The position numbers and the translations under genes are program-made. A stretch of 64,000 nt of DNA from Octopus vulgaris (taxonomy: Eukaryota), in assembly GCA_951406725.2 (NCBI GenBank), contig OX597838.1, forward strand, positions 16,864,001 to 16,928,000, given 5' to 3'. The notes below the pieces were generated by a model, which was given only the letters and a program-made list of their open reading frames with translations, was not told where the DNA came from and ran no database searches. Below, one piece after another: positions 12,425 through 25,712 of this stretch; position 1 is the first letter of the stretch, and the number at the start of each line of letters is the position of its first letter.

Positions 12425-12931
12425 CCTAAAGAGACTGATAGAATAAGTACTAGGCTTACAACGAATAAATCCCAGGGTCGATTTGCTTGACTAAAGGCGG
12501 TGCTCCTGCATGGCCACAGTCAAATGACTGAAACAAGTAAAAGATATAAATATATATATATATATATATATGTGGTAAGTAGCTTGCTAACCAACCACAT
12601 GGTTCTGGGTTCAATCCCACTGCGTGGCATTTTGGGCAAATGTCTTCTGCTATAGCCCCGGGCCGACCAATGCCTTGTGAGTGGATTTGGTAGACGGAAA
12701 CTGAAAGAAGCCTGTCGTATATATGTACGTACGTGTGTGTGTTTGTTCCCCTAGGATTTGCTTGACAACCGATGCTGGTGTGTTTACGTCCCCGTCACTT
12801 AGCCGTTTGGCAAAAAGAGACTGATAGAATAAGTACTGGGCTTACAAAAAGAATAAGTCCCGGGTTTGAGTTGCTCGACTAAAGGCAGTGCTCCTGCATG
12901 GCCACAGTCAAATGACTGAAACAAGTAAAAG
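12425..12931 (+). mobile_element. SINE family A, tail fragment followed by a 5'-truncated copy
   Basis: Identity to other family A copies. Confidence 0.85.
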
Positions 12932-13239
12932 ATATATATATATATATATAGCCAAGTGGTTGAGAAGTCTGCTTCCCAACCACATAGTTTCAGGATCATT
13001 TCCATATAATAGCACCCTGCTATAGCAACAGGATGATCAAAGCCTTGTTAGTGGATTTGGTTGAGGGAAATTTGAAGAAGTCCATCAGACATAAGTGTCT
13101 ATATGTTAGCATCTTGTCTTGATATTGCATGAAAGCTGTAAACAAATGCTTGTCAGGAGTAGAGTTGTTCCTTTCCAATAACTTGTTTGGCTAAAGGGAA
13201 CTCCCTTGCTTGGAAAGAGGTGAAGGCTGACATATCTGG

Positions 13240-13599
13240 TCTCTTTTTACTTGTTTCAGTCATTTTGACTGCGGCCATGCTGGAGCAGCACCTTTAATCG
13301 AGCAACTCGACCCCGGGACCTATTCTTTGTAAGCCCAGTACTTATTCTATTGGTCTCCTTTGCCGAACCGCCAAGTGACGGGGACATAAACACACCATCG
13401 GTTGTCAAGCAATGCTAGGGGGACAAACATACATACGACGGGCTTCTTTCAGTTTCCATCTACCAAATCCACTCACAAGGCTTCGGTTGGCTCGAGGCTA
13501 TAGTAGAAGACACTTGCTCAAGGTGCCACGCAGTGGGACTGAACCTGGAACCATGTGGTTGGTAAACAAGCTACTTACCACACAGCCACTCCTGCACCT
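13240..13599 (-). mobile_element. SINE family A
   Basis: Identity to other family A copies. Confidence 0.9.
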
Positions 13600-14946
13600 A
13601 TGTGCAAGAAAAAAAAAAATGTTTCTGGCTATAGAAAATCTGTTTTGAAAGACTAACTTATGTAAGCACAGAAAAGGGAATTTTACAACAATGGTAAAAA
13701 GGTTGAAGGGCACCTGTAAGATTCAAAACAAACATCTGTACAGAACTAACAGACCCTGAACCCTTCATTCACTCAGATTACTGTCAAATGTAATGTTTGT
13801 GTCTATTCACATTGCTTTGAATTGATCCATGCATTATCTCACAGGTTTGGGATTTTGATGAGATTACTTTTAGAACATTGCAAGAAGCTGGATCAGGGGC
13901 CACTCTGAGTATACAATGGATAAAAAGCTCAGACTGGAAATGGCCACTTATTTCTCAAAGCCTTTACATTTGTATTCTTAATAAAAAAAAAATAAAGAAG
14001 ACTCACTTCTACCAAATCATCTAATTTGATCGAAAGGAAACCTCTCATGGATGCAGATGTGCAGGCAGTGTCCTGCAAGTGTTGTCTGCTTTCCTTCCAT
14101 GAGGGTTTTAACATCACAAACTATTAAAGTAGATACAGATACTATGAGATACAGATAAAATGATTTATTTATTTATTCTGCCTTTTGCAATTTTTAGGAT
14201 ACATCCTAAAAATTGTAAAGGCACAATAAATAAATATTTATTGTGCCTTTGCAATTTTTAGGTTACATCCTAAAAACTGTAAAGGCACAAGATGCTTATA
14301 AAACAAAAAATAAGGTTAAGTGTTACTGTCATTATGATCAGTGATGACAGCAATAAGCAAATTATTAAAGGAGTAAGGAAGATAACCAATGATTCTTCAA
14401 TAAAGCTAATAGAATGAGGGTTAAAACAGTCAAATGCAATACGAGATCAACACATCTATATTTACTCTAAGAGCTTAAGTACATCTAATGGATTGACTAC
14501 ACCATCAACATCTGGCAGTTGAATCATTCTTGTCACTGACTCCTGTGCATGTTGAGCCGTTGAGGCAAATACAAAGGCATTATAAATTACCAGTGGCAGT
14601 TAGGATGAATTAAAGCAGGATCACCCAGATGAATGCATGTACAGGTATTGACTATTCCAAAGGTACACTATAACTGATATTTGTAACCAATATCCTTATG
14701 TAGGATGATGATGGTTCTGTAATAAGCACAAGGCCAGAATTTTGGGGGAAGGGTCAAGTCAATTATATTGATCCTAGTATTTGACTGGCATGTGAACCTG
14801 AAAGAAATGCTGTTGAACATTTTGTCCGACACAGTAATGATTCTGCTAGCTCACCATAATTGTGATAAGTGAAATATTATTAGCAAGACAAAAAGTTGGT
14901 TTAAAGGTTAAAATATGAAATCAAAATGTAGATAAAAAAAAATCCT

Positions 14947-15334
14947 AGGTGCAGGAGTGGCTGTGTGGTAAGTAGCTGGTTTACCAACCACACGGTTCCA
15001 GGTTCAGTCCCACTGTGTGGCACCTTGGGCAAGTGTCTTCTACTATAGCCTCAGGCCGACCAAAGCCTTGTGAGTGGATTTGGTAGACAGAAACTGAAAG
15101 AAGCCCGTCGTATATATATGCGTGTGTGTTTGTCCCCCTAGCATTGCTTGACAACCGATGCTAGTGTGTTTATGTCCCCGTCACTTAGCGGTTCGGCAAA
15201 AGAGACCGAAAAAGTAAGTACTGGGCTTACAAAAGAATAAGTCCCGGGGTCGAGTTGCTTGATTAAAAGGCGGTGCTCCAGCATGGCCACAGTCAAATGA
15301 CTGAAACAAATAAAAGAGTAAAGAGTAAGAGAGT
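14947..15334 (+). mobile_element. SINE family A
   Basis: Full head, core and (TAAGAG)n tail. Confidence 0.9.
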
Positions 15335-15523
15335 GCTGGATTACTGATTCATATTTTGTCCCAAGTACAACACATGCTCCAGTTTGCCTACCTGAACAAA
15401 AACAAGTTCTACTCTTATTTCATAGGTAAATACTAACAAAGTCCATTTAACTGTACAAAAAAAACAGTTCTTCAGAGAACATCACCATGCAAAAAGATAC
15501 AAACAGAAACAGATTAAAAGCAT

Positions 15524-15529
15524 TTTATT
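15524..15529 (-). terminator. Candidate polyadenylation signal of HSP90
   Basis: AATAAA on the minus strand about 430 nt after the stop; other AATAAA copies lie nearby (for example about 15602). Confidence 0.4.
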
Positions 15530-15960
15530 TTTAATCCCTACCAATTAATTTTACCACTATTAAAACGAATAATCAAAATAAAACACGAGAAGGCTATTTA
15601 GTTTATTTTTCTCTATTTATTTTCTATAGCATAGGAAGAATCAGAAACAAATTGGTTGTATAGCAGAAACAAAATGAAAATAATGAATTTATATAGGAAA
15701 CGAAAAGGATGAACTAACCATATTTCAATGCAAATCTGCTATTTCTATAAGTTTGGTACACTTTCTTAAATGTCTTTATGCCTAACAATCTAATGAAGCT
15801 TACACTAAAAGCACTGTTTCGACATAGGAAGAAGACAAAAAAACATGACAACAGTTCAGAAAAAAAAAAAAAAGTGTTTAAATACATAAATGCATTTAAT
15901 GTAATTAGTGAAATAATTTACACAAAATATTGAGATACGAGAGTTTAGGAAAACTAAATT

Positions 15961-16410
15961 TTAATCAACTTCTTCCATTTTAGACAAGTCATCATCATCT
16001 CCCTCTAATGCTGGCATCTCGGTATCAGCAGTCTCCGCAGATGCAGTCTCATCCAGGATTTCATCTTCGTCCAAACCAAGACCAAACCTGATCATTCGAT
16101 GGATACGACAGGCATGTGATTGTGGGTTATCTAGATTAAAACCTGACGACAACAGAGAGGTTTCATACATTAAGATTACAAAGTCTTTCACAGTTTTGTC
16201 ATTTTTATCAGCATCTATTTTGCTCTTCAATGCCTTAATGATGGAATGATCAGGGTTTACTTCCAAATGTTTCTTAGCAGCCATGTAACCCATGGTTGAA
16301 GTATCTCTCAAAGCCTGAGCTTTCATGATACGTTCCATGTTCGCTGACCAACCATACTGACTAGTGACAATACAGCAGGGAGAGTCCACCAATCTGTTTG
16401 ATACAACAAC
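15961..16410 (-). CDS. HSP90: HSP90 last coding exon (C-terminal dimerisation domain, MEEVD)
   Basis: cag|[16 protein letters not shown]...SKMEEVD TAA. Confidence 0.97.
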   Translation of the reverse strand, partial: VVVSNRLVDSPCCIVTSQYGWSANMERIMKAQALRDTSTMGYMAAKKHLEVNPDHSIIKALKSKIDADKNDKTVKDFVILMYETSLLSSGFNLDNPQSHACRIHRMIRFGLGLDEDEILDETASAETADTEMPALEGDDDDLSKMEEVD

Positions 16411-19189
16411 CTGCAACATACAGAGGAAACAATAATTCAAGTTATTGAAGTTAGTCATGGAGAACATTAAACAATAAAACACTAATAATTTTATAATTTA
16501 GCAACCAAATGAAATATAAACTACTACCAACCTTCTCGACCTTTTTGTCCAGAATGTCTTTGATAACTTTACACAAGCCTTCGTATGCTGTCTTATCCTC
16601 CTCCAGCTTCTTTTTAGACTCCTCATCGTCAGGAAGCTCCAAACCCTCTTTGGTAACACACACCAGCTGTTTGCCATCATATTCCTTCAATTGTTGAGCA
16701 GCATATTCATCAATTGGGTCTACCATATAGACCACTTCACAGCCAGATTTCTTTACTTTCTCAACAAAGGCAGAGTTCTTAACAGCATCCTTGGTCTCAC
16801 CTTAAAATACAAGAACATTATGCCACTTTTACATACAGAAAAACCAGTTACTGCGTAAATAGAAAATTTACCTGGTTCTCATCAATTACTTCATCTAAAT
16901 GAAGACCAGATCAAACAGAGTTTAACAAGGCAGATTTTCTATGGCTGGATGCCCTTTCTGTCACCAATCTTCTGTTTCCAAATAAGGTAATATTTTCCCC
17001 ATGATCAAACATGCTTTCACAGAATATCAGAAATGACATTTATTTACAAAATGTCATGTGATATCAAGACAAGGATACAAACATGACAGGCTTCTCTCAG
17101 TTTTCACCTACCAAATCCACTCACAAAACCTTGGTTGGTCTGAGAAGACAAGGTTCCACAGTGGGGCTGAACTTGAAACCTTAACTACACAGCCATTTGA
17201 TGAACCGATCATGCATGTGGTTGAGGGTAATCAAAGTTATAACCCAATAACAAAGGTTTCATACATAACCCATAGTTGAAGAATTTTCTCAAAGCTTGAG
17301 CTTTCATGATACATGAATGACTTACCTGTTATGTAATAGATGTGTTTTTGATTCTCCTTCATGCGGGACACATAATCTTTTAGAGAAGACATCTCATCCC
17401 CAGAGCTGGAGGTGTGATAACGGAGGAAATCAGCCAATTTTTTCCTATTTGTGTGATCTTCATGAATACCAAGCTACCAAAACAAATAGAAGAAATTTCA
17501 TTGTTACATTATACAGAATGACTATTAGACAACTATATTGTACATAGATAATAGATATTCTCGGATAAAATTCGAGAAAGAGATTTCTTACATTTACAAA
17601 AAAAAAAAAATTCTTGATATCATAATTTGACAAAAATCAATACAAGGAGACAAAAATCAATACAACCCATATAACTTACCTTCAAATTCTTAGAAAATTG
17701 TTCATAAAACTTCTTGTATTCATCTTTGTTCTCACCAACTGAGTCAAACAACTCAATACATTTCTTTACTAAATGTTTCCTAATCACTTTCAGGATCTTG
17801 CTCTGTTGCAGAGTCTCACGAGAAATGTTCAGGGGCAAGTCTTCAGAATCTACAACACCTTTGATGAAGTTCAAGTATTCTGGGATCAAGTCTTCACAGT
17901 TGTCCATGATAAATACTCGGCGTACATACAACTTAATGTTGTTCTTTTTCTTCTTATTCTCAAACATATCGAAAGGAGCTCTTTTGGGGACAAATAGCAA
18001 AGCCCGGAACTCCAGTTGACCCTCAACAGAGAAATGCTGCAAAACACAAAAATAACCAGGATCATTACAGAAATTTTCTTTTTTTTAAATAAAAACTGTT
18101 AAAAATCATTCAATGTGAAGCCATTCGAATAAAAATAGTTTTAACCAAATGAATCAACTCACCTTAACAGCAAGATGTTCCTCCCAATCGTTGGTCAACG
18201 ACTTATAGAATTCCCCATACTCTTCATTTTTAATATCATCAGGGTTCCTACTCCAGATGGGTTTAGTTTTGTTCAATTCTTCATCTTCAAAGTATTTTTC
18301 TTTGATGCTCTTCTTTTTCTTGCCTTTTGAGGTCTCTTCATCTTCTTCTACATCTTCAATCTTAATCTTATCTTCCTGTCAACACAAAACACACCACTTC
18401 ATTAGTTTAAATGGATCAACAGACACAAACACACACACACATTGTTAAAGAATATATACTTACACCCTCTTCATCTTTATCTTCTTTGTCTTCCTTCTTT
18501 TCCTCTTCCTCCTCTTCGTCATCAGACACCTCCTTGCTACGTTCCTTCTCAACAAGCAGTTTGATGGGATAACCAATGAACTGACTGTGTTTCTTAACCA
18601 CTTCTTTGATACGTTTCTCTTCCAAGTATTCAGCCTGGTCTTCCTTCAGGTACAGAGTGATCTTGGTACCACGGCCAAGTGGCTCACTGGTTGAGGTCTT
18701 AATGGTGAAAGTACCACCAGCGGACGACTCCCAGGTGTGTTGGTCATCATCATTATGTTTAGATTCGACAATCACTTTATCAGCAACCAAGTAAGCAGAA
18801 TAGAAACCGACACCAAACTGACCAATCATAGAAATATCAGCACCAGACTGCAGAGCTTCCATGAAAGCTTTAGTACCAGACTTAGCAATGGTACCCAGGT
18901 TGTTGACCATATCAGCCTTGGTCATGCCGATACCGGTGTCAATAATGGTCAATGTGTTAGCTTCCTTGTTGGGGATGATCTTGATGTATAATTCCTTGCC
19001 GCTGTCTAGTTTGGAAGGATCAGTCAAAGACTCGTATCTGATCTTGTCAAGGGCATCAGAAGAGTTGGAAATCAACTCCCTGAGAAAGATTTCTTTGTTG
19101 GAATAGAAAGTGTTGATGATCAAGCTCATCAACTGAGCAATTTCAGCCTGGAAGGCAAATACTTCTCCATCAGCAGTTTCAGTGGACAT
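15961..19189 (-). CDS. HSP90: Cytosolic heat shock protein 90 (HSP90/Hsp83), about 720 aa; join complement(15961-16410,16532-16800,17326-17473,17680-18036,18163-18375,18464-19189)
   Basis: Signature motifs [70 protein letters not shown] and C-terminal MEEVD. All five introns are GT-AG with compatible phases (0,0,0,1,0). Confidence 0.98.
16532..16800 (-). CDS. HSP90: HSP90 coding exon 5
   Basis: aag|(G)[13 protein letters not shown]...DPIDEY...ILDKKVEK|gttggt. Confidence 0.96.
17326..17473 (-). CDS. HSP90: HSP90 coding exon 4
   Basis: tag|[19 protein letters not shown]...HIYYIT G|gtaagt (phase 1). Confidence 0.96.
17680..18036 (-). CDS. HSP90: HSP90 coding exon 3
   Basis: cag|[15 protein letters not shown]...[10 protein letters not shown]|gtaagt. 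Confidence 0.97.
18163..18375 (-). CDS. HSP90: HSP90 coding exon 2 (charged linker, start of middle domain)
   Basis: cag|GAA GAT AAG...; [40 protein letters not shown]|gtgagt. Confidence 0.96.
18464..19189 (-). CDS. HSP90: HSP90 coding exon 1 (N-terminal ATPase domain)
   Basis: cag|ATG TCC ACT GAA ... GAG GGT|gtaagt; 726 nt; [23 protein letters not shown]... Confidence 0.97.
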
Positions 19190-19380
19190 CTGAAGGAGAA
19201 AAAAAAAAGTCATTAAAGACATCACTGATTAGGATTATATTGTATCTAATAAAATGAACTTTCAATTAGTGAATTTGACTAATACAATGTTACAATAGGT
19301 TACCAGTAGTAAAATAATAGCAATAATAAATCTCTGAACGAGATGTAAACAGTAACTGCACGACAATGTAAGGTATACTA

Positions 19381-19640
19381 GCCATCTCAATATGGCTAAC
19401 CACTAAGGGTGGGTGTTACTGTAGCTTGTAGCCCCAGGAGATCATCGTCTCCAGTTGGCTTTAGGCACACTTTATGTGCCCTTATGGTATTTGCAAAGGG
19501 AGGTCATCCCTCTCTCGCCAACCTAAGTGATACGCACGGACTGCAGTTTCTAGGTATTTGCCTGTCTTCGGCGTACGGCAATCACCGGTTTTCGATGAAG
19601 GGAGTCAGTTTGCAAATCCTTATATATCGTTTTTCCAGGT
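19381..19640 (+). mobile_element. Interspersed repeat (probable retroelement 5' region)
   Basis: Begins aatatggctaacc.ctaagggtgg; shared with 8855-8930 and 62415-62460. Confidence 0.55.
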
Positions 19641-19779
19641 AAGTACATTAGATCTCAAACAGAAGCAGTTGTTGAAGGTGAAGGTGGCTTTATTGTATAA
19701 CAATATAGAAAAGGTTTAATTTTATACTCAACATTTTTTTGATAAACAAATCTGTCCTCAAATAGATCTACTGTACTTC

Positions 19780-19985
19780 TTGACTGGCCCTCATGCCGGT
19801 GGCATGTAAAAGCACCCACTACACTCTCGGAGTGGTTGGCATTAGGAAGGGCATCCAGCTGTAGAAACTCTGCCAGATCGGATTGGAGCTTGGTGCAGCC
19901 ATCTATCTGGTTTGCCACTCCTCAGTCAAATCATTCAACCCATGCTAGCATGGAAAGCAAACGTTAAATGACGATGATGATGATG
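19780..19985 (+). mobile_element. Retroposon family D 3' end
   Basis: Identity to 9650-9845; (GAT)n tail. Confidence 0.8.
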
Positions 19986-20985
19986 AAAGACATAATTGTT
20001 ACTTAAATGACAGAGCAGGAAACCTGGTCCAAATGCCAAAAGATAACCACAGATCAAACAGAGATAAACTGGGCCAGGAGTTGTTTCCCAAGTTTTGTTG
20101 ATTAAATATTTTTACCCAAGGTTTTTGGAAGCTGCTGTGATGTGAGATTGAACCAGAAACCATGTAGCTGTTACAAATAGCTGTCAAACTTCCGCATATC
20201 ACATTATCTTAGAAAAAAGACATTGGAGGTTAATGTGATCCTGAATCTCCTTGCACATTTGAAGACAAACGTCTGTTCTTAAGTTAGCTCAAATATGGTT
20301 GACTTGAGACTAAACAACAAATATCAGTGACAGCAGTCACTTGAGCAATAACAAAATAGCCAAACTGCTGACCACTTTACCATAGCCCTTTAGTGTCTAA
20401 TCTGACCAAAATATTCTGCCTATTTTATGATCAAACCAGCCCTACAATATTCTAAAAATTAAGTTACCTTATTAAAATCTCAAAGCTACAAGATAATCCA
20501 GGATTAATTCAAAACAATGTGAATAAATGAGCATTTCATTTGACAGGGTAATTTGAATGCTTAAAGGGTTAGACCAAGGACAATGAACAAATCCTCTCAT
20601 TGCTTTACAGATATCTTAGCAGAGGATGAATTCAGCTTGGACTGTTGCCTTAGTTATGCATCTAAAATTTATTTCCCAGGTATAGAAAACAGACTTCATA
20701 GCAGGTCTAAATACACTAGTAATAGACATATTCACTAGTCTTGTTACAGGTTTCCCTGCATTGCACCAACAATAGCTACATGAGGGAGCCTGCAAGCAAT
20801 TATTCAACCAGATAGAAACAGTAACCAAATCTAAAATTAACATCTTAAATAGCCTACATTTGAATGTCAGTCTATTCAAAGATGACCCAGGGCTAAACAA
20901 GATGTAATGAGTATTTTAAGAAATGAAAAGCAAAGTATGAAAAGATCAAGATAAAATCTCAAAAGAAAAAAGAAAATGTTTTAAT

Positions 20986-21385
20986 AGGCGCAGGAGTGGC
21001 TGTGTGGTAAGTAGCTTGCCTACCAACCACATGGTTCTGGGTTCAGTCCCACTGCGTGGCACCTTGGGCAAGTGTCTTCTGCTATAGCCCCGAGCCGACC
21101 AATGCCTTGTGAGTGGAATTGGTAGACGGAAACTGAAAGAAGCCTGTCGTATATATGTATATATATATATGCGTGTGTGTGTTTGTCCCCCTAGCATTGC
21201 TTGACAACCGATGCTGGTGTGTTTACGTCCCCGTCACTTAGCGGTTCGGCAAAAGAGACCGATAGAATAAGTACTGGGCTTACAAAAGAATAAGTCCCGG
21301 GGTCGATTTGCTCGACAAAAGGCGGTGCTCCAGCATGGCCGCAGTCAAATGACTGAAACAAGTAAAAGAGTAAAGAGTAAGAGTA
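20986..21385 (+). mobile_element. SINE family A (in HSP90 intron 1)
   Basis: Full-length copy. Confidence 0.9.
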
Positions 21386-24300
21386 ATGTCTAAAATGGAT
21401 AAATAGTTATCAGTGGCAACTTGGTTACGAAATGGAAACTGCTTCAGAGCCAAATATGTGAATCAAGCTTAAAATTCAGCAATCGAACGTCTTGTTCGAT
21501 TCATAAACTTTCCTGTAAAGTGTGAAAAGTGGAATGTGCCAAGCGAGAAACGAAATTGGACCAGCACCAAGTTTCTGTAATAATAATTACAGCAATTCTT
21601 TTAGTGAATTCCAATCACATCTAAGATATTAGGAACCAACTTCATTACTTAACTGATATTTTATTGATCTTAAAAACAAGAATGGCAAAGCCAACTGCAT
21701 TGGGATTTGAACATAAGCAGATTGGAGCCTGGTGCAGCCATCTATCTGGTTTGCCACTCCTCAGTCAAATCGTTCAACTCATGCTAGCAAGTTCATAAAT
21801 ATTACAGGTACCAACGAAATTACTGCGGAGTAAAAAAAAAAAGAAAAGAAATAAAAGCCTATATAATTTTAACTGTGTGTATACAAACACTACATCAGGC
21901 AGAGTCTCTTACAGGACCTCTGTAATGCTATGATGGACCGTGAAGTCTGGCATAGCATAGTAAATTCCATTGTCTTGACCACGGTTGAACAATGATGATG
22001 ACATCAGGCTAATTTAGGTTTTTGTCCACTTTTAGCCAAAGACCTGTCTTTCAAGTCAGGTTGTGTGGTTCACCATAATTCACTTGAGCAGGGAGCGGTT
22101 TGCCAAAGTGCATCTGGATATTTTGCTTGGTATTTCTTGGAGGAATTTGTCCAGATACTGTTTGAATGTTATGGGGGTCATTTTGAGATTTCTCTCAGAA
22201 AAATGTTGAATAAAAAAAACTTGTGGAATAGTGTTTTTCAAGGGGGCTTCTGGCTCCAGGACTTAAGCCCTAGTGACTTCTGAATTTGACACCAGTATCA
22301 TTTTCATAGTGTTGGTGGAATATCAACACCACTGTGCAGATAATGTCGTGCCCATGGCAGCACTGGGAAAAATAGAGATGTCAATATTCAAGGCCTGCCA
22401 GGTCAATTTCTTTTTCTGTGATTGATCTCTGGAGTGCTTCAATTGCTTTGTGTAAGAAAGATCATAACAGGCAGCAGTACTCAAGGTGAGCATTGACAAA
22501 TGTAAAGCCCCCCAAAAAATGGATCCATGAACATATTCTGCAGGCCAAATTAAGTATATTGTTGATGGGGTGTACTCCCGCTTAGACTGCTTTCCACAGT
22601 GCCATGTAAGCCTAATACAATTTGATGCTACAAGGAAGGGAAGAGAATATGGTTGTTAAAAGTATATTCTCTTTTTGAAAGTTTGAGTTTTTCCTAGTTT
22701 AGCAGCATGTGTTTTACCTGTGGAATCACCGAACCCCAAGATCAGATTGGAAATTTTGCTTTGTCACAAACTCTGTTGACTTTCTAGAGTTAGAGTCATA
22801 TGCAAAGATTAAAAATCATTTTTTTTCTTTCTTTTGTTTGACAATGTTTGCAATGTCATTCATATGACAAGATAAACAGAGGTGGGCCAACATAGCACAG
22901 ATCTAGCAAGGTCTTGAGAGTAAATTTCTGTTGATTACATAATGGGTTCAGTTTGTCAGGAAATATCCACTGCAGTAGCTTAATTTCTTCAGTTGTGGTT
23001 GACTGTCAAAAACTTTATTTTGCATTGTTGCCCTCGATCAGAACATTTAAGATGCCGTCAAATTAGTAGAGGAGTTGACAGGAAATCTGTCACTATAAAA
23101 ACCATGCTAGTTGACATCTAAGTTTTAAAAAAAATTTTAAAGGAAGATAATTTAAAAAGGCTCTAACAAACTGTGTTGAACTCCATTGTATACAAGGTTT
23201 AGCATAGGTCTCTACAGTTGAATGCCCTTCCTAATGCTGACCATGTGTACTGGGTATTTTTCTTTTTCCTGGCACAGGCGCAAATGAGGTCAAAAACAAC
23301 ACAAAAGACAGCCTTAACTGGGTGGTTGTGAGCTTTTAAGGGAGGTGGGTTCGTGTCACATGTTGAGAGGCTAAAGCAGGGTAGAAACAGGTGTCTTGCT
23401 ATAGAGGGGATGCATGGCTACCCCAGCTGGAGAGAAAGAAAAGATAGTGGTGATGGGGTGTTAGGGTTTTATACAATCTGAATAAAAGACTAGAACAGGA
23501 CTGAGATGGGTGAGGGCGGAAGATAGCTGGTTGAGATGTGGAAAAAGTGAATTCAGTGAATAGGGAGCATGGGTATCCATTGGTGAATATTAGTTTGTGG
23601 GGTAGAAAGGTGAAGAGAATAGGAGAGTGTCGGTCAGAAAGGTAGCAATAAAAAAAAAAATATGGAATAGGGTAGCAGTATAATAAAATCGTAGATCGAG
23701 GAGAAATAGGGATACGAATGTAAAATAGAGTTGGAGGTAGATGAGAGTGGGGTGCACAGTGACATAGGTAGAGGTTGATATAGTGAGGGATGTATATGTA
23801 TAAAGGTTGGGGAGGGCGCCGATGGTAGATACAAGAGGGTGTTCAGTGGTAAATTAAGATGCCGCGGACGCGGGACAGGTGACAAAGGGTATTAATTCCA
23901 AGGAGAGAGAGAGAGAACTGGTAGTACAAAACAGGAACGGACTCTGTAGTTCTGCTCTCATAATAACAGAAGCTGAGTAAATAGTGCTGTGGTTAATAAG
24001 AGCGATGGAGGGGTATGAATTGTAAAGGTCTGAAGGAGACAGATTTGGTGCAGAGGAAGACATAAATGAGATTATATCAAGAATATATTTTAACATCTAT
24101 ATGCTTAGGAGGAGATTTCTTAAAGCTAAATCTATTAAATTTTTCAGATTTTTGTTTTGAACAAACATTAAAAAATCTGCGTAATTTTCTCACCCTCCCC
24201 CACTTAATTATTAATCAGAAACTAATTAGCGTCAAGGGATTTTGCAGCTGTTTATCATTTTGTTTGCATCTAAATTGCAGAAATATTATATAAAATATTA

Positions 24301-25280
24301 GAAGTGTCTTTCCATTGTAATTACGTTTTCATCCTAATGGTGAGACAGAATTTTTTTTTAATTTTCAGAAAGCAAAACAGTACAATATCAAATACTTTAT
24401 TGAATACATACATTGCTTTTTCTATTTTGTAAGACATTACAATATATTCATGTTCGTCATCCATGTAATTAACATAAATATATTGGTGGAATTCTGGTCT
24501 AAGCATCCCATATAACCCCTCATAGTTTTATTTTTTGAATTTTCAGAAAAAAAAAAAAAGAAAAAAATATCAATACATGTCAGAGTGATAAAGAAACAAG
24601 GAAGGTTTGTCGAGGTTGTAAGATGTGCTGAAATTAACAGCCAAATCGCTCTTAAATTACACCAAAAGTTTTTTTTTTCCCCTTCATAATTGTATGAATT
24701 CACGTTTGTAGGGCATAAATTCGCAAAAACTTTCTGAAAATGCCCCAAAATAAAAAAGTTATGAGGTGTTACATGGGGTGTTTAAACCAGAATGCTGCAT
24801 TTTCAAAATTGGTTCGAGATTCCTAATTAATTATTAACACAATTTAGACTGTAAAAAAAAAAAAAAAAAAATTAGCAGGAAATTTTTTTTTAGCAGACTC
24901 AACGTCAATATTAAAAACATAAATCCACCCCCAAAAGAAATAAAGTGGCTATTAATGGAATGCAAAAAGGGTAGAAACGGAATACTTGATTAATTTCTTT
25001 ATAATGTAGGGACCAACACAAAAGATCTAAAAATGGTTGGGAAAAGGCAAGTGCGTGGTGGTGGTGGTGGTCGTGCTTCATAAAGGAGGAAGGGGTTAAT
25101 TTTTCTTTTTAGCAATCCTTGTATAAATTTTAGGAAAAAAATTCAGAATTTTTTTCCCTAAAATTTGGCTTTACTCCCCATTTCTATATTCTTTTTTTTC
25201 TCTCCCTCCACGAGGACAGGCTATTGCAAATCTGTCAAGCGTGCGGAAAGATTCCCGGTGTTTTCTCTGGTCTGAGAGAA

Positions 25281-25300
25281 GGAACTATCTGGAACATTCT
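25281..25300. promoter_or_regulatory. Heat shock element (HSF site) in HSP90 intron 1
   Basis: gGAAc tATCt gGAAc aTTCt: four alternating nGAAn pentamers with one mismatch, about 240 nt inside intron 1. Confidence 0.7.
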
Positions 25301-25541
25301 ACACTGTGCTGAAAAAATACAACAGCTTATAGATTCACATTGACAAATTTTTCATAATACATTTAAATGTATTTAATTAAAAACATGATACATAGAAATT
25401 AAAATCAAAATTAGAGAATGGATAGATCAATTTCATTCATTGTTAGATAAATGGCCACTGAAGAATTTATATTGCAAACCTTTCCATAGAAGAGGAAAAT
25501 ATCGATAAAGGAACAAATAATAGAATTATTGAGACACATAC

Positions 25542-25685
25542 CTTGGATGATGAGAAAATCTGATAAATTTTACAAGCTTAATATGAGAGGTGTTGTACAC
25601 AGACAGAAGTATTTCTGCTGCTGAATCGGCCTCTTCGCTCTCAGTGAGTGAGAAAGAACTACTACAACACGTGGTGAGGGAAGTT
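25542..25685 (-). other. HSP90: Candidate non-coding exon 1 (5' UTR) of HSP90; intron 1 = 19190-25541
   Basis: Donor CATCCAAG|GTATGT at 25542/25541 would splice directly onto the ATG (CCAAG-ATG), the known intron-before-ATG layout of animal cytosolic Hsp90 genes. TATA-like box about 25-30 nt upstream. TSS is an estimate. Confidence 0.75.
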
Positions 25686-25700
25686 AGTAGCGGCGAGCAA

Positions 25701-25712
25701 TTATATATATAC
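25701..25712 (-). promoter_or_regulatory. TATA-like box of HSP90
   Basis: TATATATAA on the minus strand at the end of a TA/CA microsatellite, about 25-30 nt before a pyrimidine-rich start (AACTTCCCTC). Confidence 0.6.

Noticed and set aside
16801-17325. snoRNA candidates in HSP90 introns (TGATGA near 16880; ACA box near 17215)
   Set aside because: No matching D box or terminal stem, and no convincing two-hairpin H/ACA fold.
19381-19640. HDV-like ribozyme in a putative retroelement 5' end
   Set aside because: Could not build the nested double pseudoknot by eye.
22000-24060. Possible coding sequence in HSP90 intron 1
   Set aside because: Looks like heavily decayed retroelement sequence; no sustained frame or motif that I can call.
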